DNA of 64,000 bases from Candidatus Altimarinota bacterium (GCA_965231215.1 OZ246423.1:960001-1024000); one strand, 5' to 3'; shown: positions 1 to 10,979, numbered from the stretch's first letter. Program-made: numbers and translations. The notes: generated by a model not told the origin, from the letters alone.

Positions 1-2
1 GG

Positions 3-1598
3 ACAAACAGCCCCTCCTCAGGGTTAAAACTAGACATAGAAGGAAAAATAGGCGCTACAGAATACTGTGATCAAAACGGAGGTAACTGTGTTCCCGCTGG
101 CAGCTTGAGCAGTGGCGGCAGTGATAATTTAGGGGACCATACGGCCACCCAAACCCTTGATACGCAAGGGATAGATTTTTCAAGGGATAGTGCTCAAGGG
201 CATATAGATGTAGATGGGGCTCTCTATCGTACAAATGGACAGGCTTACATAACGGTTGATGATAACCTTTATATAAGAGATGCCAATGGGGATTCATCCT
301 TTAGATTTATAACGGGAAACAATCCCGAAATTAGAATGGGAACCTCAACCAACAATGGTTGGAATACCATTGCTATGGATTCAGCCAATTCCACAAAAAC
401 CCTGAAAATTCATGGAATGGGAGATAGTAATCATCAATTGAGGTTTGGAAGATATGGAGATAACTATCAAGGCTGGGAAGCCAATCCTGTTGTTTTTGAT
501 ATGGATGCGGATCACAACACCTTTTTTGTAGCCGGCAATAGTAGAGTCGGAATAGGGACCTCAAGTCCAGCCCAAAAGTTGCACGTAAACGGGAACATTC
601 GTGCTGATGGGAGACATCTATATCTTGGTTCAGCTCAAGATATATATGGAGACAATAGTTCAGCGGTATATTATGACAGCAATCATGATACGGTCACGCA
701 GTTAATCATGAGAGACAAACAAAACACGGTATATGGACGACTTTATGGAGATGGTGATGGAGTTGGTTTTGGTCTACTTGATGGAGATGGGAATTGGGCG
801 ATTCGACACAGCAAAGACAATTATACAGAGTTTAGAGACAATAATGAGGCTCAGTTTAGAGTAGGAGCTGGAGGAGTTTCTGGAAGTTATGGAACGGTAG
901 AGACTCAAGGAGGAGGAAAAGCAGGATGGGAAGGATTTAATATAAATGGACGATACGTATTTATGTCTTCCGATAACAATACAGTAGGTATTTATGATGA
1001 CATCAATAATCGTTGGCGTGAGTATTGGGATGCCGATGATTATGATCTTCGTCATCAAAACAATGAACTTATTATGCACGCAGATGAAGATGCCTATACT
1101 TACCTCTACCACAATGGAGGCTGGAAACTCAGGACTGAAAGTACAGGGGTAAGAATTAATAATGATCTCTGGGTAAATCGGATTTGTAATACTTCTGGAG
1201 GAGACTGTAAGAACCAATCTTCACTTGGCAGTGGCAGTGGAGGTGGTGGCGGCGGCGGGGCGACTGGGTGTATTTATCAGGGAACCTACCGAGCTGAAGG
1301 ATATGTTTTTTATGATAATTACGGTTCGTGTAATGTAGGGTGTACTAATTATGGGAATGGAAGTACTTGTAGTAACTATACGAGAAATGGTTCAAGATCC
1401 TGCCGTAGAAATACCTGTCAGAGTAATGGTACTTGGGCACAAACAAACACAAGTTGTGGATGTAGTTGTACGGGGAGAAGCTGTAGTGACGATGATGATG
1501 ATAACGATGAGGCTTTAGATGATCTTATTTTGTCAAAAGGAGCTGAAGGTATAAAAACCCTTATTGAAGAACAAAAAGCCAAAGGAAAACTCTACTAG
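3..1598 (+). CDS. Modular fibre/adhesin protein (5' end outside window): tail-fibre-like modules, poly-Gly linker, Cys-rich and acidic C-terminus
   Basis: Frame is open from base 3 (TNSPSSGLKLDIEGKIGATEYCD...), upstream of the ORF-track start at 105. Shares the VGIGT module with the downstream adhesins. Confidence 0.8.
   Translation, partial: TNSPSSGLKLDIEGKIGATEYCDQNGGNCVPAGSLSSGGSDNLGDHTATQTLDTQGIDFSRDSAQGHIDVDGALYRTNGQAYITVDDNLYIRDANGDSSFRFITGNNPEIRMGTSTNNGWNTIAMDSANSTKTLKIHGMGDSNHQLRFGRYGDNYQGWEANPVVFDMDADHNTFFVAGNSRVGIGTSSPAQKLHVNGNIRADGRHLYLGSAQDIYGDNSSAVYYDSNHDTVTQLIMRDKQNTVYGRLYGDGDGVGFGLLDGDGNWAIRHSKDNYTEFRDNNEAQFRVGAGGVSGSYGTVETQGGGKAGWEGFNINGRYVFMSSDNNTVGIYDDINNRWREYWDADDYDLRHQNNELIMHADEDAYTYLYHNGGWKLRTESTGVRINNDLWVNRICNTSGGDCKNQSSLGSGSGGGGGGGATGCIYQGTYRAEGYVFYDNYGSCNVGCTNYGNGSTCSNYTRNGSRSCRRNTCQSNGTWAQTNTSCGCSCTGRSCSDDDDDNDEALDDLILSKGAEGIKTLIEEQKAKGKLY
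546..1240 (+). repeat. ~695 bp module, copy 1 of 3 (others at 2695-3389 and 7422-8116)
   Basis: Near-perfect nucleotide identity from gtcggaatagggacc to cagtggcagtgg; offset 2149 to copy 2. Confidence 0.95.
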
Positions 1599-1622
1599 AA
1601 CAGATAAAGAAAGATTAAAAAT

Positions 1623-1657
1623 AAAGGCCTTCAGAAATTATTTGGAGGTCTTTTTTT
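1623..1657 (+). terminator. Intrinsic terminator (second copy at 6350-6384)
   Basis: aggccttcaga-loop-tttggaggtct stem with G-U pairs, followed by a T run, just after the stop codon. Confidence 0.7.
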
Positions 1658-1720
1658 CTATTATGAAAATAAAATGAAGAATAAAGCAATATATTTTTTG
1701 AGATAAGCTTACGTTATTAA

Positions 1721-1729
1721 TGCTATAAT
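1721..1729 (+). promoter_or_regulatory. Extended -10 promoter TGcTATAAT (second copy at 6448-6456)
   Basis: Perfect TGnTATAAT 26 nt before ATG 1756. Confidence 0.6.
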
Positions 1730-1755
1730 TGCGCGAACTTAAAAAAAGAAGGCCA

Positions 1756-4700
1756 ATGCGTCACCCCTCTCTTAGCGTTTGCATGATGGTGCTTATGGTC
1801 GTTTTGACTGTGTTTGAGCCAGTTAAAGCCGCAGAATATGATCCCTCGTCCATCCCCAAAAAAGAAACGGGAGATGCTTTTACCGCTACAGAGCTAAATA
1901 CTTTAGTAAATGTAGTGAAGGGTCTTAAACGAGATGACCAAGGCACCAGCGCTTTAGGTGATGATCGATTTGGAATTGGTCTAGAATCAGCTTCACCAAC
2001 CCAAAAACTAGAGGTAAACGGAAACGTAAAAGCCACTAGATTTATAGGAGATGGATCACAATTGACCAATCTTCCAGAACAGTATTGGATAAAATCCTCT
2101 GGTAATATTAATTACCCTTTAGGTAATGTAGGTATTGGTACCTCGAGTATAAGTCCAGGGCTAAAACTAGACATAGCAGGAAAAGTGGGAGCCGTAGAAT
2201 ACTGTGATGCTTTGGGGACTAATTGTGTAGTGCCCTCGGATGTAGCCTCCAGCATTGCAAGTGGAGGCGGCGCAAGTGCTATTCAGCGTGGGGGGAGTAA
2301 TCCAGGCAGTGGAAGTGAAGGAGATGTTTTTTATAATACAACAGATAATCAAATCTATTTTTATAATGGGAGTAGCTGGGAAGCAATTGGAGGCGGAAAG
2401 TGGGGAGAAGGCACAACGCTAGGAACCATTTATTATACTGGTGGAAATGTGGGGATTGGGACGGCGAGTCCGAAAGTGCCGTTGCATGTGAATGGTGATG
2501 CCTATATTCAGGGGCAGGATTTAATTATGTCTTACCCCACTGATGCTAATAATATTGATAGTATCAGTTACAACGATGGTAATGCTGTTGGCTCTACGGG
2601 GGTTTATACGTTCTTGTCCGATACGACTTTGCGTCCAGCCTGGTACGCACCGACAGCAGCGATTTCCGCGAAGGGCGGTTATTTTGCAGGTAATGTCGGA
2701 ATAGGGACCTCAAGTCCAGCCCAAAAGTTGCACGTAAACGGGAACATTCGTGCTGATGGGAGACATCTATATCTTGGTTCAGCTCAAGATATATATGGAG
2801 ACAATAGTTCAGCGGTATATTATGACAGCAATCATGATACGGTCACGCAGTTAATCATGAGAGACAAACAAAACACGGTATATGGACGACTTTATGGAGA
2901 TGGTGATGGAGTTGGTTTTGGTCTACTTGATGGAGATGGGAATTGGGCGATTCGACACAGCAAAGACAATTATACAGAGTTTAGAGACAATAATGAGGCT
3001 CAGTTTAGAGTAGGAGCTGGAGGAGTTTCTGGAAGTTATGGAACGGTAGAGACTCAAGGAGGAGGAAAAGCAGGATGGGAAGGATTTAATATAAATGGAC
3101 GATACGTATTTATGTCTTCCGATAACAATACAGTAGGTATTTATGATGACATCAATAATCGTTGGCGTGAGTATTGGGATGCCGATGATTATGATCTTCG
3201 TCATCAAAACAATGAACTTATTATGCACGCAGATGAAGATGCCTATACTTACCTCTACCACAATGGAGGCTGGAAACTCAGGACTGAAAGTACAGGGGTA
3301 AGAATTAATAATGATCTCTGGGTAAATCGGATTTGTAATACTTCTGGAGGAGACTGTAAGAACCAATCTTCACTTGACAGTGGCAGTGGCGCGAGTGCTA
3401 TCCAGCGTGGGGGGAGCACTCCAGGGAGTGGAAGTGAAGGAGATGTTTTTTATAACACAACAGATAATCAAATCTATTTTTATAATGGAAGTAGCTGGGA
3501 AGCAATTGGAGGCGGAAAGTGGGGAGAGGGAACAACGCTAGGAACCATTTATTACACTGGTGGAAATGTGGGGATAGGAACCGCTACTCCGGCAGCGTTG
3601 TTAGATATAGCTGGGGGAGTCAAGATTGGAGATGATACAGCTGTCTGTGACAACACGAAAGCCGGAACAATCCGATACCAAGGAGGTGCAGTCCAAGTCT
3701 GTGATGGGTCAACTTGGGGATCCCTCGTGAGTGGGGGGAGTGGAGAGTTTGGGGTGCTAGATTGTGAGCTGGGGACTTTGGCAATCTCTAGCGATAATAG
3801 TGAAGTTTGTACGATCTATAATGATGATATGAAATTGCTGGCCAGTGATGCGGCGGTGGATGATCGCTTTGGCGTGAGCGTGTCCGTGTCTGGTGATATT
3901 GCGGTGATTGGGGCTTATTTCGATGATGATGCTGGTTCGAATAGTGGTTCGGCCTATGTGTTTAGGCGCTCTGGGACGAACTGGGTTCAGGAGGCGAAGC
4001 TGACGGCCAGTGATGCGGCGGCGAATAATCATTTTGGCCATAGGGTGTCCGTGTCTGGTGATACGGCTATGATTGCGGCTAATAACGGTGGTTTTGGTTC
4101 TGCTTTTGGTGTGGTCTATGTGTTTAAGCGCTCTGGGACGAACTGGGTTCAGGAGGCGAAGCTGACGGCCAGTGATACGGGTAGGTTCAATGGCTTTGGC
4201 TCGAGCATATCCATGTCTGGAGATAGGGCCGTGATTGGGGCTAGTGGGGCTAATGATACTGGTGCGGTCTATGTGTTTAAGCGCTCTGGGACGAACTGGG
4301 TTCAGGAGGCGAAGCTGAGGGCCTCTGATGCGGGGGCGAGGGATCAGTTTGGCTATAGGGTCTCCGTGTCTGGTGATACGGCCGTGATTGGGGCGTTTGC
4401 CGATGATGATGGTGGTAGGGATAGTGGTGCGGCCTATGTATTTACACGCTCTGGCACAACATGGAGGCAGGAGGCGAAGCTGACGGCCAGTGATGCGGCG
4501 GAGGTTGATCGCTTTGGCATGAGCGTCTCCGTGTCTGGTGATATTGCGGTGATTGGGGCTTATTTGGATGATGATGCTGGTTCGAATAGTGGTTCGGCCT
4601 ATGTGTTTACGCGCTCTGGCACAACCTGGACGCAGGAGGCGAAGCTGACAGCCAGTGATGCGGCGTCGGGTGATTATTTTGGCGTGAGCGTGTCTGTGTC

Positions 4701-5454
4701 TGGAGATAGGGCGATGATTGGGGCTTATGGCGATGATGCGTTTACTGGTTCGGCCTATGTGTTTACGCGCTCTGGCACAACATGGACGCAGGAGGCGAAG
4801 CTGACGACCAGTAATGCGGCGAGGTATAGTTATTTTGGCTATAGCGTGTCAATGTCTGATAATAGGGCGGTGATTGGGGCGTATGGCGGTGATGATGGTG
4901 GTCGTTGGTTTCGTGGTGTGGCCTATGTTGTAAATGTTGGGACTCAGACGTCTGATACGCTTTCTCAATTGAGTTGTACGGATGGACAGGTTGCGGCTTG
5001 GGATAGTGCGAGCAGTGCTTGGAAATGTGCGGATGGGTCGGGCGGCAGCTCCGCCTTCACCGTCGTCAAAACCGCACATCAGTCCGCGGCTAACGGCGCT
5101 ATCGTGACCTGGGATCTGGCGCTGAACAATGTCGGTGATGATTTCGACCTCACCAATAACCGCTATGTTGCTCCGTCCGACGGGGTCTATCATTTCTCCT
5201 ATGAGATTCTGGGACAAAATAATACGAATACATCAAACTACCGGGTGTATAAAAATGGCGTCAACACGGGGATCGCATCCTACGGAGGCGCTGGCGGCAG
5301 TGTTGTACATCGGCAAAGCGATGCCTCCTTCATTCTGAAACTGACAGCCGGCGATCAGATCGACATTCGGGCTGCAGGCACTCAACAGCCGTATGGAAAC
5401 GCAGGGGCCTATCACACCCATTTCTCCGGCTTCAAAATCTCCGGCGGCGGGTAA
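1756..5454 (+). CDS. Secreted modular fibre adhesin A: signal peptide, GNVGIGT fibre modules, 7 FG-GAP blades, C-terminal C1q-like domain
   Basis: Signal peptide ends ...PVKA. Seven repeats of KLTASDA..FG.SVSVSGD.AVIGA..GSAYVF. C1q motif [23 protein letters not shown] 1756 is preferred to TTG 1729, which overlaps the -10 box. Confidence 0.85.
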   Translation: MRHPSLSVCMMVLMVVLTVFEPVKAAEYDPSSIPKKETGDAFTATELNTLVNVVKGLKRDDQGTSALGDDRFGIGLESASPTQKLEVNGNVKATRFIGDGSQLTNLPEQYWIKSSGNINYPLGNVGIGTSSISPGLKLDIAGKVGAVEYCDALGTNCVVPSDVASSIASGGGASAIQRGGSNPGSGSEGDVFYNTTDNQIYFYNGSSWEAIGGGKWGEGTTLGTIYYTGGNVGIGTASPKVPLHVNGDAYIQGQDLIMSYPTDANNIDSISYNDGNAVGSTGVYTFLSDTTLRPAWYAPTAAISAKGGYFAGNVGIGTSSPAQKLHVNGNIRADGRHLYLGSAQDIYGDNSSAVYYDSNHDTVTQLIMRDKQNTVYGRLYGDGDGVGFGLLDGDGNWAIRHSKDNYTEFRDNNEAQFRVGAGGVSGSYGTVETQGGGKAGWEGFNINGRYVFMSSDNNTVGIYDDINNRWREYWDADDYDLRHQNNELIMHADEDAYTYLYHNGGWKLRTESTGVRINNDLWVNRICNTSGGDCKNQSSLDSGSGASAIQRGGSTPGSGSEGDVFYNTTDNQIYFYNGSSWEAIGGGKWGEGTTLGTIYYTGGNVGIGTATPAALLDIAGGVKIGDDTAVCDNTKAGTIRYQGGAVQVCDGSTWGSLVSGGSGEFGVLDCELGTLAISSDNSEVCTIYNDDMKLLASDAAVDDRFGVSVSVSGDIAVIGAYFDDDAGSNSGSAYVFRRSGTNWVQEAKLTASDAAANNHFGHRVSVSGDTAMIAANNGGFGSAFGVVYVFKRSGTNWVQEAKLTASDTGRFNGFGSSISMSGDRAVIGASGANDTGAVYVFKRSGTNWVQEAKLRASDAGARDQFGYRVSVSGDTAVIGAFADDDGGRDSGAAYVFTRSGTTWRQEAKLTASDAAEVDRFGMSVSVSGDIAVIGAYLDDDAGSNSGSAYVFTRSGTTWTQEAKLTASDAASGDYFGVSVSVSGDRAMIGAYGDDAFTGSAYVFTRSGTTWTQEAKLTTSNAARYSYFGYSVSMSDNRAVIGAYGGDDGGRWFRGVAYVVNVGTQTSDTLSQLSCTDGQVAAWDSASSAWKCADGSGGSSAFTVVKTAHQSAANGAIVTWDLALNNVGDDFDLTNNRYVAPSDGVYHFSYEILGQNNTNTSNYRVYKNGVNTGIASYGGAGGSVVHRQSDASFILKLTAGDQIDIRAAGTQQPYGNAGAYHTHFSGFKISGGG
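2266..2462 (+). repeat. Internal ~200 bp module ([10 protein letters not shown]...GGNVGIGT), repeated at ~3387-3583 and twice in copy B
   Basis: Near-identical DNA and protein sequence. Confidence 0.9.
3832..4935 (+). repeat. Seven ~165 bp FG-GAP blade repeats of adhesin A
   Basis: Recurring caggaggcgaagctgacggccagtgatgcgg framework with variable inserts. Confidence 0.95.
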
Positions 5455-6325
5455 AGGCACTACCGTTGATTCAGTCACCATCGCCGTAACCACCACCCAA
5501 AGGACCGTACCGGTAAATGTTTCCGGGGTCAATAACGCGGTTGGCGTGAACGGAAGTTGTGCGGTTCTCTCTAACGGACAAGTCCAGTGCTGGGACGGAT
5601 ACGGACTGAATACTATTTCTGGAATTGATAATGCGGTTTCATTGGGAAACGCTAGTAAATCTGATGGCTGTGCGCTTTTGGATACCGGAAGAGTTAAGTG
5701 TTGGGAGCGAAATCGCCTCGATGAGGATCTAAGATCTCCGACGAGAAACATCTATGGAGCGACTCGCCTGGTGATGCATCGTCGCAATGGTTGTGTAGTG
5801 CTGGAAACCGGTAAACTACAGTGTTGGAGTGATGGTTATAGTGATTGGCCCAAGTACCCGGCTATTGTTAGCGGCATTGATAATGTGGTAGATGTTTCTG
5901 TTGAAAATGAAGCTCTCTGTGTGCTTCAGAGCGATGGAGTGGTAAAGTGTTTCGGAGACGCTTCACATGATATTTTCGGTGGAGCGGGGCAGTATCCTTA
6001 TGAGACACCACCGGCAGTAACGGTGGCGACAGGGGCGGTAGCGCTGGCGATGACTGGCCATAATAACTGTATTACCTTTGGGAATGGAAGTACTTGTAGT
6101 AACTATACGAGAAATGGTTCAAGATCCTGCCGTAGAAATACCTGTCAAAGTAATGGTACTTGGGCACAAACAAACGCAAGTTGTGGATGTAGTTGTACGG
6201 GGAGAAGCTGTAGTGACGATGATGATGATAACGATGAGGCTTTAGATGATCTTATTTTGTCAAAAGGAGCTGAAGGTATAAAAACCCTTATTGAAGAACA
6301 AAAAGCCAAAGGAAAACTCTACTAG
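5393..6325 (+). CDS. RCC1/BLIP-II-like repeat protein fused to the Cys-rich/acidic tail of the first ORF; start uncertain, possibly a +1 extension of adhesin A
   Basis: [36 protein letters not shown] and [12 protein letters not shown] repeats. The last ~80 aa match the first ORF. Confidence 0.65.
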   Translation: METQGPITPISPASKSPAAGKGTTVDSVTIAVTTTQRTVPVNVSGVNNAVGVNGSCAVLSNGQVQCWDGYGLNTISGIDNAVSLGNASKSDGCALLDTGRVKCWERNRLDEDLRSPTRNIYGATRLVMHRRNGCVVLETGKLQCWSDGYSDWPKYPAIVSGIDNVVDVSVENEALCVLQSDGVVKCFGDASHDIFGGAGQYPYETPPAVTVATGAVALAMTGHNNCITFGNGSTCSNYTRNGSRSCRRNTCQSNGTWAQTNASCGCSCTGRSCSDDDDDNDEALDDLILSKGAEGIKTLIEEQKAKGKLY

Positions 6326-6482
6326 AACAGATAAAGAAAGATTAAAAATAAAGGCCTTCAGAAATTATTTGGAGGTCTTTTTTTCTATTATGAAAATAAA
6401 ATGAAGAATAAAGCAATATATTTTTTGAGATAAGCTTACGTTATTAATGCTATAATTGCGCGAACTTAAAAAAAGAAGGCCA

Positions 6483-9400
6483 ATGCGTCACCCCTCTCTT
6501 AGCGTTTGCATGATGGTGCTTATGGTCGTTTTGACTGTGTTTGAGCCAGTTAAAGCCGCAGAATATGATCCCTCGTCCATCCCCAAAAAAGAAACGGGAG
6601 ATGCTTTTACCGCTACAGAGCTAAATACTTTAGTAAATGTAGTGAAGGGTCTTAAACGAGATGACCAAGGCACCAGCGCTTTAGGTGATGATCGATTTGG
6701 AATTGGTCTAGAATCAGCTTCACCAACCCAAAAACTAGAGGTAAACGGAAACGTAAAAGCCACTAGATTTATAGGAGATGGATCACAATTGACCAATCTT
6801 CCAGAACAGTATTGGATAAAATCCTCTGGTAATATTAATTACCCTTTAGGTAATGTAGGTATTGGTACCTCGAGTATAAGTCCAGGGCTAAAACTAGACA
6901 TAGCAGGAAAAGTGGGAGCCGTAGAATACTGTGATGCTTTGGGGACTAATTGTGTAGTGCCCTCGGATGTAGCCTCCAGCATTGCAAGTGGAGGCGGCGC
7001 AAGTGCTATTCAGCGTGGGGGGAGTAATCCAGGCAGTGGAAGTGAAGGAGATGTTTTTTATAATACAACAGATAATCAAATCTATTTTTATAATGGGAGT
7101 AGCTGGGAAGCAATTGGAGGCGGAAAGTGGGGAGAAGGCACAACGCTAGGAACCATTTATTATACTGGTGGAAATGTGGGGATTGGGACGGCGAGTCCGA
7201 AAGTGCCGTTGCATGTGAATGGTGATGCCTATATTCAGGGGCAGGATTTAATTATGTCTTACCCCACTGATGCTAATAATATTGATAGTATCAGTTACAA
7301 CGATGGTAATGCTGTTGGCTCTACGGGGGTTTATACGTTCTTGTCCGATACGACTTTGCGTCCAGCCTGGTACGCACCGACAGCAGCGATTTCCGCGAAG
7401 GGCGGTTATTTTGCAGGTAATGTCGGAATAGGGACCTCAAGTCCAGCCCAAAAGTTGCACGTAAACGGGAACATTCGTGCTGATGGGAGACATCTATATC
7501 TTGGTTCAGCTCAAGATATATATGGAGACAATAGTTCAGCGGTATATTATGACAGCAATCATGATACGGTCACGCAGTTAATCATGAGAGACAAACAAAA
7601 CACGGTATATGGACGACTTTATGGAGATGGTGATGGAGTTGGTTTTGGTCTACTTGATGGAGATGGGAATTGGGCGATTCGACACAGCAAAGACAATTAT
7701 ACAGAGTTTAGAGACAATAATGAGGCTCAGTTTAGAGTAGGAGCTGGAGGAGTTTCTGGAAGTTATGGAACGGTAGAGACTCAAGGAGGAGGAAAAGCAG
7801 GATGGGAAGGATTTAATATAAATGGACGATACGTATTTATGTCTTCCGATAACAATACAGTAGGTATTTATGATGACATCAATAATCGTTGGCGTGAGTA
7901 TTGGGATGCCGATGATTATGATCTTCGTCATCAAAACAATGAACTTATTATGCACGCAGATGAAGATGCCTATACTTACCTCTACCACAATGGAGGCTGG
8001 AAACTCAGGACTGAAAGTACAGGGGTAAGAATTAATAATGATCTCTGGGTAAATCGGATTTGTAATACTTCTGGAGGAGACTGTAAGAACCAATCTTCAC
8101 TTGACAGTGGCAGTGGCGCGAGTGCTATCCAGCGTGGGGGGAGCACTCCAGGGAGTGGAAGTGAAGGAGATGTTTTTTATAACACAACAGATAATCAAAT
8201 CTATTTTTATAATGGAAGTAGCTGGGAAGCAATTGGAGGCGGAAAGTGGGGAGAGGGAACAACGCTAGGAACCATTTATTACACTGGTGGAAATGTGGGG
8301 ATAGGAACCGCTACTCCAGCAGCGTTGTTAGATATAGCTGGGGGAGTCAAGATTGGAGATGATACAGCTGTCTGTGACAACACGAAAGCCGGAACAATCC
8401 GATACCAAGGAGGCGCAGTCCAAGTCTGTGATGGATCGACTTGGGGATCTCTCGTGAATGGGGGGAGTGGGGAGTTTGGGGTGCTGGATTGTGAGCTGGG
8501 GACTTTGGTAATCTCTAGCGATAATAGTGAAGTTTGTACGATCTATAATGATGATATGAAATTGCTGGCCAGTGATGCGGCGGCGGGGGATTGGTTTGGC
8601 TTTAGCGTGTCCGTGTCTGGTGATACGGCCGTGATTGGGGCTTATTTGGATGATGATGGAGGTAGGGATAGTGGTTCGGCCTATGTGTTTAGGCGCTCTG
8701 GGACGAGCTGGGTTCAGGAGGCGAAGCTGACGGCCAGTGATGCGGCGGCGGGGGATTATTTTGGCTGGAGCGTGTCCGTGTCTGGTGATACGGCCGTGAT
8801 TGGGGCTTATCGCGATAATCATGGTGTTGGTTTGTATAGTGGCGCGGCCTATGTGTTTAAGCGCTCTGGGACGAGCTGGGTTCAGGAGGCGAAGCTGACG
8901 GCCAGTGATGCGGCGGAGGGGGATTGGTTTGGCTTTAGTGTGTCCGTGTCTGGTGATACGGCGGTGATTGGGGCTCTTGTCGATGATGATGGAGGTAGGG
9001 ATAGTGGTTCGGCTTATGTGTTTAAGCGCTCTGGGACGAGCTGGGTTCAGGAGGCGAAGCTGAGGGCCTCTGATGCGGGGGCGAATGATCAGTTTGGCTT
9101 TAGCGTGTCCGTGGATGGTGATAGGGTCGTGATTGGGGCTTATGGCTATGATGATGGTGGGGGATGGGCCTATGTGTTTAAGCGCTCTGGGACGAACTGG
9201 GTTCAGGAGGCGAAGCTGACGGCCAGTGATGCGGGGGCGCATGATCGCTTTGGCGTGAGCGTGTCCTTGTCTGGTGATACGGCCGTGATTGGGGCTTATA
9301 AGGATGATACTGCTGGTTGGAAAGCTGGTGCGGCCTATGTGTTTACGCGTTCTGGCACAACATGGACACAGGAGGCGAAGCTGACGGCCAGTGATGCGGG

Positions 9401-10193
9401 GGCGAATTATTTTGGCTTTAGTGTGTCCGTGTCTGGAGATAGGGCGATGATGGGGGCCATTGGCGATAATAATGCTGGTTCGTGGTCTGGCGCGGCCTAT
9501 GTGTTTAAGCGCTCTGGCACAACCTGGACGCAGGAGGCGAAGCTGACGGCCAGTGATGCGGCGAGGGGTGATTCTTTTGGCAGGAGCGTGTCCGTGTCTG
9601 GAGATAGGGCGATGATTGGGGCTCCTTACAATGATGATGGTGGGTCGGGGAGTGGTTCGGCGTATGTTGTAAATATTGGGACTCAGACGTCTGATACGCT
9701 TTCTCAGTTGAGTTGTACGGATGGACAGGTTGCGGCTTGGGATAGTGCGAGCAGTGCTTGGAAATGTGCGGATGGGTCGGGCGGCAGCTCCGCCTTCACC
9801 GTCGTCAAAACCGCATATCAGTCCGTGGCTAACGGCGCTATCGTGACTTGGGATCTGGCGCTGACCAATGTCGGTGATGATTTCGACCTCACCAACAACC
9901 GCTATGTCGCCCCGTCCGACGGGGTCTATCATTTCTCCTATGAGATTCTGGGACAAAATAATACGAATACATCAAACTACCGGGTCTATAAAAATGGCGT
10001 CAACACGGGGATCTCATCCTACGGAGGCGCTGGCGGTAGTGTTGTACATCGACAAAGCGACGCCTCCTTCATTCTGAAACTGACAGCCGGCGATCAGATC
10101 GACATTCGGGCTGCAGGCACTCAACAGCCGTATGGAAACGCAGGGGCCTATCACACCCATTTCTCCGGCTTCAAAACCTCCGGCGGCGGGTAA
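6483..10193 (+). CDS. Secreted modular fibre adhesin B (paralog of A with different propeller loops)
   Basis: Same architecture as A. The first ~660 aa are identical. Confidence 0.85.
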   Translation: MRHPSLSVCMMVLMVVLTVFEPVKAAEYDPSSIPKKETGDAFTATELNTLVNVVKGLKRDDQGTSALGDDRFGIGLESASPTQKLEVNGNVKATRFIGDGSQLTNLPEQYWIKSSGNINYPLGNVGIGTSSISPGLKLDIAGKVGAVEYCDALGTNCVVPSDVASSIASGGGASAIQRGGSNPGSGSEGDVFYNTTDNQIYFYNGSSWEAIGGGKWGEGTTLGTIYYTGGNVGIGTASPKVPLHVNGDAYIQGQDLIMSYPTDANNIDSISYNDGNAVGSTGVYTFLSDTTLRPAWYAPTAAISAKGGYFAGNVGIGTSSPAQKLHVNGNIRADGRHLYLGSAQDIYGDNSSAVYYDSNHDTVTQLIMRDKQNTVYGRLYGDGDGVGFGLLDGDGNWAIRHSKDNYTEFRDNNEAQFRVGAGGVSGSYGTVETQGGGKAGWEGFNINGRYVFMSSDNNTVGIYDDINNRWREYWDADDYDLRHQNNELIMHADEDAYTYLYHNGGWKLRTESTGVRINNDLWVNRICNTSGGDCKNQSSLDSGSGASAIQRGGSTPGSGSEGDVFYNTTDNQIYFYNGSSWEAIGGGKWGEGTTLGTIYYTGGNVGIGTATPAALLDIAGGVKIGDDTAVCDNTKAGTIRYQGGAVQVCDGSTWGSLVNGGSGEFGVLDCELGTLVISSDNSEVCTIYNDDMKLLASDAAAGDWFGFSVSVSGDTAVIGAYLDDDGGRDSGSAYVFRRSGTSWVQEAKLTASDAAAGDYFGWSVSVSGDTAVIGAYRDNHGVGLYSGAAYVFKRSGTSWVQEAKLTASDAAEGDWFGFSVSVSGDTAVIGALVDDDGGRDSGSAYVFKRSGTSWVQEAKLRASDAGANDQFGFSVSVDGDRVVIGAYGYDDGGGWAYVFKRSGTNWVQEAKLTASDAGAHDRFGVSVSLSGDTAVIGAYKDDTAGWKAGAAYVFTRSGTTWTQEAKLTASDAGANYFGFSVSVSGDRAMMGAIGDNNAGSWSGAAYVFKRSGTTWTQEAKLTASDAARGDSFGRSVSVSGDRAMIGAPYNDDGGSGSGSAYVVNIGTQTSDTLSQLSCTDGQVAAWDSASSAWKCADGSGGSSAFTVVKTAYQSVANGAIVTWDLALTNVGDDFDLTNNRYVAPSDGVYHFSYEILGQNNTNTSNYRVYKNGVNTGISSYGGAGGSVVHRQSDASFILKLTAGDQIDIRAAGTQQPYGNAGAYHTHFSGFKTSGGG
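8559..9674 (+). repeat. Seven FG-GAP blade repeats of adhesin B
   Basis: Same framework as 3832-4935. Confidence 0.95.
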
Positions 10194-10398
10194 AGGCACT
10201 ACCGTTGATTCAGTCACCATCGCCGCAACCACCCCCCAAAGAACCGTACCGGTAAATGTTTCCGGGGTCAATAACGCGGTTGGCGTGAACGGAAGTTGTG
10301 CGGTTCTTTCTGACGGACAAGTCCAGTGCTGGGACAGATACGGACTGCATACTATTTCCGGAATTGATAATGTGGTTTCATTGGGAAACGCTTATTGA
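10132..10398 (+). pseudogene. Truncated RCC1-like module (copy B)
   Basis: Homologous to 5393-5653, then stops at the breakpoint. Confidence 0.65.
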
Positions 10399-10882
10399 AC
10401 AACAAAAGGCAGTTCACTTGGAAAACCGAGATATTTTTTCACTTTGTAAACGGATTCCTAAAGATCAGGCCGAAGACCGAGCTTTGTGTTTTCAGGAGGC
10501 TGCCGCGTTGGCACTGAGAGAGTCCAGTGATGAAACATTGTGTGAATATTTTGTAGAAGAAATGTCTCGTGAATCCTGTCGGGCTGATGTGCTTACCCGA
10601 CAAGCCGAATCCAGTGGTAATGTGGAACTTTGTAATAAAATAAGGGATCCTTTCCGGTCAAGTTGTTACGGTCTTTTACTCAATCGTTTGAGTTCTACCG
10701 ATCATGATTACACGATAGAGGTTTGTGAATTGCTAGAAGATGGCTTTTTCAGGAGAGAATGTTACTACTTATTCTTAGACCGCCGTGAGAATGCCGAGAT
10801 TTGTCATAATACCCAAGACCTGCCGGCAATGCTGGGAGACCTCTGTGAAGAGAGACTCAGTGCAGATGATGAGAGAACATAA
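10386..10882 (+). CDS. Cys-rich helical-repeat protein, apparently 5'-truncated at the duplication breakpoint
   Basis: Repeated LC..I....R..C units. The ORF-track N-terminus (10298-10385) is out-of-frame RCC1 sequence. Confidence 0.55.
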
Positions 10883-10979
10883 AAAACACTTCGATTCTCT
10901 CTGGAAGGGGCAGACCAATAATATTTTAAAAATCTTCGGATAGACTTCCCCAGGCTGCCGGGTAGAATGGGGGCTGACA

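Larger units (their letters stand above)
1352..5653 (+). repeat. Large tandem duplication, copy A
   Basis: Matches 6079-10392, offset 4727 before the propeller and 4739 after it. Confidence 0.95.
6079..10392 (+). repeat. Large tandem duplication, copy B
   Basis: Matches 1352-5653. Confidence 0.95.

Noticed and set aside
3832-9674. CRISPR-like look of constant repeats with variable inserts
   Set aside because: Units are ~165 bp, in frame and encode propeller blades; no cas genes are present.
8328-9956. 542-aa minus-strand ORF (and 3757-4041, 4849-5217)
   Set aside because: Antisense shadow of the FG-GAP repeats, caused by their biased codon usage; the translation is not protein-like.
10298-10385. 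ORF-track N-terminus of the 194-aa Cys-rich ORF
   Set aside because: It is an alternate frame of the duplicated RCC1 sequence.
1-10400. Prophage tail region or canonical DGR
   Set aside because: The adhesins have signal peptides and their own promoter and terminator. No capsid, terminase, integrase, reverse transcriptase or template repeat is in the window.
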